Below are positions 57,499 to 64,000 of a stretch of DNA of 64,000 bases, piece by piece. The position numbers and the translations under genes are program-made. The notes beneath the pieces were generated by a model. It was given only the letters and a program-made list of their open reading frames with translations. It did not search any database and was not told the origin of the DNA. Numbering within the stretch: position 1 is the stretch's first letter; every line of letters starts with the position of its first letter. The stretch is from Deltaproteobacteria bacterium (GTDB taxonomy: Bacteria; Desulfobacterota; GWC2-55-46): assembly GCA_016234405.1 (NCBI GenBank), contig JACRCC010000046.1, forward strand, positions 2,079 to 66,078, given 5' to 3'.

Positions 57499-58581
57499 TT
57501 GAGTTATATTAAAAAAATCAAACCGTTATCAAGACCCAAACCAATGACCCCTATGGGTGACGAACACAGAGAAAGACGCCAACAGCTCGCCACGTTCAAC
57601 GAAATAGGCAAGGCCCTTGCCTCGTCTCTCGACCTTAAAGAAATCTTGAGCATCGTCATGGTCAAGATAAGCGAATTGCTGCGCCCCAAAAACTGGTCGC
57701 TTTTATTGGTGGACCCGGCTGAAACGGAGATGCGGTTCGAGATAGCGGTTGGTGTTGGGGCCGACAAGTTGAAAGACCTGCGGCTCAAGGTGGGCGAAGG
57801 CATAGCCGGTTGGGTGGCAAAGGAAAAAAAACCAGTGCTCGTGCCCGACGTATCGAAGGACTCGCGATTTTCCAAGAAGGCCGACGACGCCTCGAAGTTC
57901 GTCACAAAGTCCATCATCTGCGTGCCGTTGGTGAACCACGGCAAGTGCTACGGCGTAATAGAGCTGATAAACAAGGTGGAGGACGGCAACTTCGGTGACG
58001 AAGACCTCCTGATGCTCACCACCATAGCGGACTACACGGCCATAGCCATCGAAAACGCGGTCTTCTTCAATAAGGTTCAGGAACTCACGGTTACGGACGA
58101 CCTCACGAAGTTATACAACTCGCGCTTCATGCACACCAGACTCGAACACGAGGTCGAGAGGGCAAGACGTTTCAAATACGATCTTTCGATGGTCTTCATA
58201 GACCTCGATTATTTCAAGGACGTAAACGACAACTACGGACACCTTCGTGGATCTAAACTCTTGAGCGAGATCGCCCAGCTCTTCATCCGCATGTTAAGGA
58301 CCGTGGACATAGCCTGCCGCTACGGGGGGGACGAGTTTCTCATAATAATGCCCTCCACGAGCAAAGAGAGCGCGCACCTTGTGGCTGAAAAACTGAGAAA
58401 GACGCTCTACGAGGCCACATTCCTCAAGGACGATGGGCTAAACATCAAACTCACGGCGAGTTTCGGCGTGGCCGCTTTTCCCGAGGACGCAGCGGACAAG
58501 GACGACCTCATACGCAAGGCCGACAACGCCATGTATAAGGTTAAAAACAGCGCGAGAAACGGCGTCCAAGACGCTTCGTAG
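57499..58581 (+). CDS. GAF-domain diguanylate cyclase (GGDEF)
   Basis: GAF region then RYGGDEFLII with upstream RxxD-like I-site context; the stop TAG is the first triplet of an R2 repeat. Confidence 0.8.
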   Translation: MSYIKKIKPLSRPKPMTPMGDEHRERRQQLATFNEIGKALASSLDLKEILSIVMVKISELLRPKNWSLLLVDPAETEMRFEIAVGVGADKLKDLRLKVGEGIAGWVAKEKKPVLVPDVSKDSRFSKKADDASKFVTKSIICVPLVNHGKCYGVIELINKVEDGNFGDEDLLMLTTIADYTAIAIENAVFFNKVQELTVTDDLTKLYNSRFMHTRLEHEVERARRFKYDLSMVFIDLDYFKDVNDNYGHLRGSKLLSEIAQLFIRMLRTVDIACRYGGDEFLIIMPSTSKESAHLVAEKLRKTLYEATFLKDDGLNIKLTASFGVAAFPEDAADKDDLIRKADNAMYKVKNSARNGVQDAS

Positions 58582-58660
58582 CTCAGCGCTTAGATGAGCA
58601 ATTCCTTTCCCCCTCCCCAGCACCACCCAAGGCATGTCTTTACGGGCGGGGGCAGACCTG
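58579..58660. repeat. Repeat family R2 copy
   Basis: gtagctcagcgcttagatgagcaattcctttccccctcccc...catgtctttacgggcgggggcagacctga. Confidence 0.75.
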
Positions 58661-58685
58661 AAATAGCCATGTCGAAACTACAAAC

Positions 58686-59081
58686 ATGAAGGAGACACCC
58701 ATGACATACCCTAAGATATATTCCCACGCTTGCATCAAACGCCTCATCATCGCAAGCGCGGCTTTGGCGGCGTTGTCGGGATGCGCGACGGTCGTCGTCA
58801 AAGGCGACGGCTCCAAGATTGACAAGACGCAGGTCATGGAGCTAAAACCCGGGGTAACGGACAAAAAGACCGTCATCACCGCCTTCGGAGAACCGGCGGA
58901 GGTTAGCAGCGCCAACAACGAAGAGAAACTCGTCTATATTTATAAGGAAAAAATGACCCCGGTTTATTTAGGCGGCCTCATCGAAAATCAGGCCGGGATG
59001 GTCTTGGTCAACACCACGCTTGAAATAATCCTAAAGGACGGGGTGGTGAACTCATACAAGTACAAGACCGGGCAGGAGTGA
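58686..59081 (+). CDS. Small lipoprotein, BamE/SmpA-OmlA-like
   Basis: Lipobox ALSGC; about 100-aa mature domain (ELKPGVTDKKTVITAFGEP). Confidence 0.5.
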   Translation: MKETPMTYPKIYSHACIKRLIIASAALAALSGCATVVVKGDGSKIDKTQVMELKPGVTDKKTVITAFGEPAEVSSANNEEKLVYIYKEKMTPVYLGGLIENQAGMVLVNTTLEIILKDGVVNSYKYKTGQE

Positions 59082-59237
59082 GCGGGTTTGTCAGATGCAG
59101 GGGTTTAATTATCGCCTTTTTATGATACATTATCTGCAGCCGTCAACGTCGCGGACAAAACGCCATCACTATCTACAGGATACGACACCGCAAGGAAGTC
59201 TACAGGTAAGGAAGCGGTTTATCTCGACCCACATCGC

Positions 59238-62200
59238 CTACTGCCCCGCAAACCACTTCACCGCCTCTTGGGCCGTAGCCTGATCGAACTTCATCCTGAA
59301 CTTCACGAACGGCCCCTTTGCTAAAAAGTCCCCCTTCGAGAAATCCCTGTCGGAAAAACCCGTCAGATTATAGCCCACGCTCAGCCAGATGTTTTTGGCG
59401 ACGTTGTAACCGACGGAGGCGCCCGTCCCGTGCTTCAACTGCTGCGCGGTCCACGAGTGCAGGACGGACGTCCTCAAACCCAAATCCCATTCTTTGGTTA
59501 CGTCGTAGCGCGCCTCGAGGCCCGTGAGGTCGGTGTAGCCCCTGTATTCCGTGCCGTCTATGAAGTCGGCCACTAACTTTCCGCCGTACTGGAATGCTAT
59601 CTGGGTTTTTACGTCGAGCTTATAGTTGAGATTCAAGTTGTTCACCATGCGCCATGTGTCGTAGTTGAAGGCCGCTGACTGCCTTTGCTCTTTTATGTAA
59701 TCGTACTTGTCGAGGACGATAAGCGCGGACCTCTGCGGGCGGTAGGCAAGCCCCACCCTTACGTCGGTGTTCATATTCTTATTTCCCGCCGCATAATCGC
59801 TCTTGAACGTCCGCACGCCTAAGGACACGCCCAACCCGGCCGCAGGCTCGCCGCTCACGGCCGTCAGCAGGGCTGTCTTATCCTCGGTCTTTGAATCGCG
59901 TCTCTCAGCCCTGCCCGTCCACGACCAAGCCGCGGCCTTATAACCTAAGCCCGCGGACATGGCCGTAAAATCCGCGCCGCCGGAAGCCGGCGCAGCATTC
60001 GAGTTTACCCTGTCGTTGCCCGGGTGCTTCAATGTGTCGCTCCTGTCATACCCGGCGTCGAGCGTCCACCTCTCCGTCAGATGCACGGCCTGCTTGAGGC
60101 CGGCGGTGGAAAAGACCCGCGTGCCGTCCGGGCGCTCCGTCTGCCCGATGCCGGTGTTTATCTGCGCGCCGGACCACGGGGCCGCCTTTATCCCGAAACG
60201 CGACGCGGTTGAATCCTCTCTTTCGCCCTCAGTTATCTCGTGCAGAACGTAAAGAGAAGCGCTGCCTGAAATCTTATAGTCGGAACCTATGGCGGTGCGC
60301 GTCGGAAAATCAGCGTTCGCGTTTGAGCCGATGGATTGGTCGCGCCTCAAGCTGAACGCAAGGTCTCCGTCGAGGAGACGGTATCCGGCCGCGGCAAAGG
60401 CCTGCTCGGAGCTTCGTTCAACCCCGTTGGTGAACGAGTCCTTAGCGTGGCGCAGCCCGGCGCCGAGGTCGTATTTAGTTTGCGCATACCTTGCCTCAGC
60501 CTCGGCCATGTCGCGCAGGGCGCCCGTTGCGAGGTTCTCCTGCCTGTAGCCCTGGCCTTTGAGCGTTACCGGAACGTCGAGTTTGTAGGCCGCGTCAAAC
60601 CCGTATTTTCTTGTGCCGGTCTCGCTTCCGTTCTGCTGGCCGAGGCCGAAACCGGCCTCCTGCTCGCGCAGATAGGCCTTGCCTTCGAGTTTTTCGGATC
60701 TGTGCAAAAGCTCGGCCTTGTACGCGCTGCCGGACGTTTCAACGCCGTAACGTCCCGTTGAGGTCTGCGCGGCCTCGGCCTTTACCGTCGTCTTGTCCGT
60801 CAGCTTCAAGGATGCGTCCGCGCCGTAGAGGTCGCCCTCGCCGCCCTGCGCGCCTTCGTGGACGTGCGACGCGCCGAGCTCGAATTTATCTCCGAAAGGC
60901 CGCGCCGCGCCCCTGCCGCCGTAGTTGTAGGCGCTCTCGCCCGAATCGAAGGTCTCATAAGTGACCACGACGTAAATCGGGTTGGAGTTTTCATCCCGGC
61001 TCATAATCGGAGATTTAAAAAATATCGTCCCTGCGTCATAGTCAATGCTGTAATCCATGTGCCGCCCCATCTTCCGCGACGTGATAATCACCTCGCTCTT
61101 GAAACGGTCTCTCGTCTCGACGGTTACGGATTCTGAATTCAGGACGATGTTTTTCTTCGAGAGCCTGTAAAGGCCGGACGTCCCGTCGCCCTGCATCTCG
61201 TCTTTGACGAAGGCCTGCTTGGTGTCGCTCACGAAGACGTTAAAATCAAGCATCTCACCCTTGAACTCTGATTTAAACCCGTTAAAACTCCTTGAATACC
61301 TCGAAAGCTCCGTGACGGTCAACCCGGTGTCCATGTCGCCGAAGAGGGCGTAGAAGCGATCTTTCTCTATCTTTACGTAGAGAGAGCGCGCGCTTGCGGA
61401 GTCGTAACGAGTGGCCGACGCGTCGCCGTAAAGGGTGTAATAGGCATTGGGGTCTATGGTCTGATGGAGCGTTCCTTCCTTTTGTTTATTCTTGTCACTG
61501 TCGTAGGCTATTGTTGCGAGCCACTCGCCTTTTATCTTGCCTTTGGCGAAGAAGGCGATTCTGTTGTCTTCGTAGAAGTTCTCCGCCGTATCGCTCTCGC
61601 CGAGGGCCTCCATGTTGCCCGTGGCCGTGTTGTAACCAGCCGTGCCTTCCGCGAGGCCCACGAGTATCCACTCCCTGTATTCGGGCGCGAGCCACGACCG
61701 TATCTCGACCTCTCCCGCGCCGAGGCCGAGTTTGACGACGGCCTCTCCGGTCTGGGTCGTAGGCTCAAGTTCGATGAGCGCGATACCGCCGTCTCCGACG
61801 GTGTATCTGTTTTTTCCGCTCTTCGTTGCGTTGAGCGGGTCGTCTTGAAGGTCTTTTATCCTCTGAAGCGCGACGTAAGGCGGCTCAACCATAAACTCGC
61901 CGACTATCCCCTCCCTCACGGGATAGCCGAACCTGTCCGTGAGTTTTATCGCGAGGGCCGCGGGGTTCTTGCCGTCCGCGACGAGGCGTGAAAACTCCGG
62001 CATGAGCGCGGCCTTTACCGGAGACCCGGAATAATGTATCATCAAACCGATGCGGCCCGTTTCCTTGCCGTCGCCGTCGTATTCTATTGCCTCGAGTTTG
62101 TTGTCGCCTTCTTTTATATTAACGCCGCTCCAGAAACTCACGGCAACCCCGGCGTCGTCTCTTTTCATAATGCCTTCATAGGCCGCGGGGTTCACGTCCG

Positions 62201-63995
62201 CGCCGTCGAGGAAGACCTTTAGTTTTTTGACAGGGTCGTGCTTTATCGAGACCTTGAGGGACGGGTGGAGCGGGTTGAACCCTTCATGCGGCCAAACCCA
62301 CGCGAGGCCGGGCTTGGCAACGGCAAGCCACTCGGCGGTTATCTCCGGCATGAGCTTTTTTTCGACTACCGGTAAGGTATATGCGAGCACCGCGTTCGAT
62401 GGAGGCATCTCAAGCTGCGTAACCTCTATCCTCTCGACGCCGCTTACGTCTTTCACGTTTTTAAGGGCGTAGAATATCTCGTTTTTGTGCGCGATTACAT
62501 GGATGCCGACCCTCCTGTTGAGGGCGCGTCCCGCCTCAGAGCTATTTCCGGCCACCGGGGCGTCTTCTCCTTTGCCGATAACCACCACCTGCTCTGCGGC
62601 GAGCCCCAGCGCGGGCGACAGATAGCGGGCGATGCTCCGAGCCCGAGCCACCGACAATGCGTAGTTATCCTTGAATTTAGCCCTGTTCCGCGCATTTATT
62701 CTTGTGGAATCCGTGTGCCCCACTACGACTATTTTTTCCACCCCGAGGCCTTTGAGGGATCTCACGAGACCGTCGAGCATCTTTTTGTCCTCGTCGCCGA
62801 GTTCGTCGCTGACTTCGTCGAAGTGCGGCGGAAGCGTTATCTCCTCGTTCTTCGAGAGCTTGACCAGACTACCCCTTTCAAGCGCGTTGTCAACGACGGC
62901 TGTTTTCTTGTTCTTCTCATCCATGCCGTCGAAAAAGATTGTCGCCTTGGTGGTAATGCGCCCGTTCGCGCCCCAGTCGGGGATATCGGCCCCGAAGGTC
63001 ACGACCCCCTTCCATCCCGCGCCGATGTCGCCGAGCCTGTAGGTAATAACGGTATCCGCGACCTCGGGGTCGGCGACGGGAGAACCGTCGAACGCGAACG
63101 TGCCTTTTATGTATGATGCCTCGTCCGGGAGCATGACCACGAGCCGCGCGTTCTTCAAGGAGACGGTGTCCACGTTTACCGTTACGGTGTACCCGAGTTT
63201 GTTGACCCCCCCTGCGATCCCGGCGTTATTTCCGGGGAGAAGAGAGCTTCTAAGCTCCAGGTCAACCACGCCATTTATCTCAACCGGTTTCTTCGGGGCG
63301 ATGCGGAAATCCGCGCTCCACAGGGTCCCACCCTGAACGTCCACGAACTGCGAAAAAGGCGTGCCTGCGATTCGGGAATTTTCCGCGCATAAAACCGGCT
63401 CAAAACCCTCGGGCACGGACACGGTGTCGAGCTGAACTATATGCGTCCCGGGTTTCAACCCCTCGAAGTGATATTTGCCTTCCTTGTCGGTTACGGAGTA
63501 GCTCCCGTCTTCAAGATAGATGCGCGCCCCGGCAACCGCCGTGTCCTCTTGGTCCGCGCATTTGCCGGATGAAACGCGCCCGGCGATGATGGCCTTGCTT
63601 CCAAAGAGGTCTTCTTTCACCTTGACCTCTGCCTGCGCGGTATTTGAGCTTATGCCCGTGAGCGCGGCCGCAACCGCGTAGTTTACGGCCGCGCCGAGCC
63701 TTGCGCCGGCCGCAACCTCGACTACGTACTTTATCTCGAATTTTTTCCCTGCCGCAAGGTCACCGAGTGAATATGTAAGGGTGCGCCCGTCAGGGGAAAC
63801 GGACGGGTCAGGCGCGGCAGAGCCGTTCAGACGAGACGAATCTTTTCTGTATTTGAACCCAACGGGCAGACGGTCGGATAAAAAGACGCTGCCCGCGTAA
63901 GACGCTGATGAGGTATTTTCGAGGGCGAGCGAATACTGCAAAAAGTCGCCGTGCGCCACGACGAGTCTGGACGCGCTCTTCGTGAGATACAACAT
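59238..63995 (-). CDS. Giant (>1585 aa, 5' end probably beyond the window) surface/outer-membrane protein: DUF11-type repeats, Cna-B-like domain, OmpA-like peptidoglycan-binding domain, about 950-aa beta-rich C-terminal region
   Basis: OmpA-C motif (VVGHTDSTRINARNRAKFKDNYALSVARARSIARYL ... NRRVGIHV); Cna-B-like TDKEGKYHFEGLKPGTHIV; alternating hydrophobic pattern in the C-terminal third; no signal peptide at the apparent start. Confidence 0.7.
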   Translation of the reverse strand: MLYLTKSASRLVVAHGDFLQYSLALENTSSASYAGSVFLSDRLPVGFKYRKDSSRLNGSAAPDPSVSPDGRTLTYSLGDLAAGKKFEIKYVVEVAAGARLGAAVNYAVAAALTGISSNTAQAEVKVKEDLFGSKAIIAGRVSSGKCADQEDTAVAGARIYLEDGSYSVTDKEGKYHFEGLKPGTHIVQLDTVSVPEGFEPVLCAENSRIAGTPFSQFVDVQGGTLWSADFRIAPKKPVEINGVVDLELRSSLLPGNNAGIAGGVNKLGYTVTVNVDTVSLKNARLVVMLPDEASYIKGTFAFDGSPVADPEVADTVITYRLGDIGAGWKGVVTFGADIPDWGANGRITTKATIFFDGMDEKNKKTAVVDNALERGSLVKLSKNEEITLPPHFDEVSDELGDEDKKMLDGLVRSLKGLGVEKIVVVGHTDSTRINARNRAKFKDNYALSVARARSIARYLSPALGLAAEQVVVIGKGEDAPVAGNSSEAGRALNRRVGIHVIAHKNEIFYALKNVKDVSGVERIEVTQLEMPPSNAVLAYTLPVVEKKLMPEITAEWLAVAKPGLAWVWPHEGFNPLHPSLKVSIKHDPVKKLKVFLDGADVNPAAYEGIMKRDDAGVAVSFWSGVNIKEGDNKLEAIEYDGDGKETGRIGLMIHYSGSPVKAALMPEFSRLVADGKNPAALAIKLTDRFGYPVREGIVGEFMVEPPYVALQRIKDLQDDPLNATKSGKNRYTVGDGGIALIELEPTTQTGEAVVKLGLGAGEVEIRSWLAPEYREWILVGLAEGTAGYNTATGNMEALGESDTAENFYEDNRIAFFAKGKIKGEWLATIAYDSDKNKQKEGTLHQTIDPNAYYTLYGDASATRYDSASARSLYVKIEKDRFYALFGDMDTGLTVTELSRYSRSFNGFKSEFKGEMLDFNVFVSDTKQAFVKDEMQGDGTSGLYRLSKKNIVLNSESVTVETRDRFKSEVIITSRKMGRHMDYSIDYDAGTIFFKSPIMSRDENSNPIYVVVTYETFDSGESAYNYGGRGAARPFGDKFELGASHVHEGAQGGEGDLYGADASLKLTDKTTVKAEAAQTSTGRYGVETSGSAYKAELLHRSEKLEGKAYLREQEAGFGLGQQNGSETGTRKYGFDAAYKLDVPVTLKGQGYRQENLATGALRDMAEAEARYAQTKYDLGAGLRHAKDSFTNGVERSSEQAFAAAGYRLLDGDLAFSLRRDQSIGSNANADFPTRTAIGSDYKISGSASLYVLHEITEGEREDSTASRFGIKAAPWSGAQINTGIGQTERPDGTRVFSTAGLKQAVHLTERWTLDAGYDRSDTLKHPGNDRVNSNAAPASGGADFTAMSAGLGYKAAAWSWTGRAERRDSKTEDKTALLTAVSGEPAAGLGVSLGVRTFKSDYAAGNKNMNTDVRVGLAYRPQRSALIVLDKYDYIKEQRQSAAFNYDTWRMVNNLNLNYKLDVKTQIAFQYGGKLVADFIDGTEYRGYTDLTGLEARYDVTKEWDLGLRTSVLHSWTAQQLKHGTGASVGYNVAKNIWLSVGYNLTGFSDRDFSKGDFLAKGPFVKFRMKFDQATAQEAVKWFAGQ

Positions 63996-64000
63996 ACTCA

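Overview
This 64-kb window is a chromosomal segment of about 58% GC, most likely from a diderm (Gram-negative) bacterium. Its gene order resembles that of deltaproteobacteria: ftsH-folP-cdaA-cdaR-glmM, leuS-lptE-holA, and an atpF'F-H-A-G-D-C cluster without atpB/E. This placement is an inference; the taxon cannot be assigned from sequence alone.

Almost all coding is housekeeping: pdxJ, glmM/cdaR/cdaA, folP, ftsH, yihY, der, era, a TatD-radical-SAM fusion, metG, ricT, holB, tmk, F1Fo ATP synthase, holA, lptE, leuS, tRNA-Cys, ispG, pabBC, an ABC-F ATPase, uspA and a GAF-GGDEF protein.

Interspersed among these are:
- three type II toxin-antitoxin pairs (HepT/MntA, VapBC, HigBA);
- a BlaI/BlaR1-like regulatory pair immediately upstream of a cusCBA Cu/Ag efflux system, followed by a secreted Met/His-rich tandem-repeat protein;
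- a cytoplasmic-type narGHJI-narK locus preceded by a membrane-anchored mono-heme cytochrome c, with a divergently transcribed second narK that has FNR-family-like palindromes upstream;
- a giant OmpA/DUF11 surface protein, truncated at the window end.

The most striking feature is at least eight families of short palindromic intergenic repeats. Several of them overlap coding sequence. One copy is inserted in-frame inside the essential GTPase gene era. Other copies supply the stop codon or last residues of pdxJ, metG, holB, atpA, ispG, the ABC-F gene, pabC and the GGDEF gene.

There is no CRISPR array, no rRNA and no obvious transposase.
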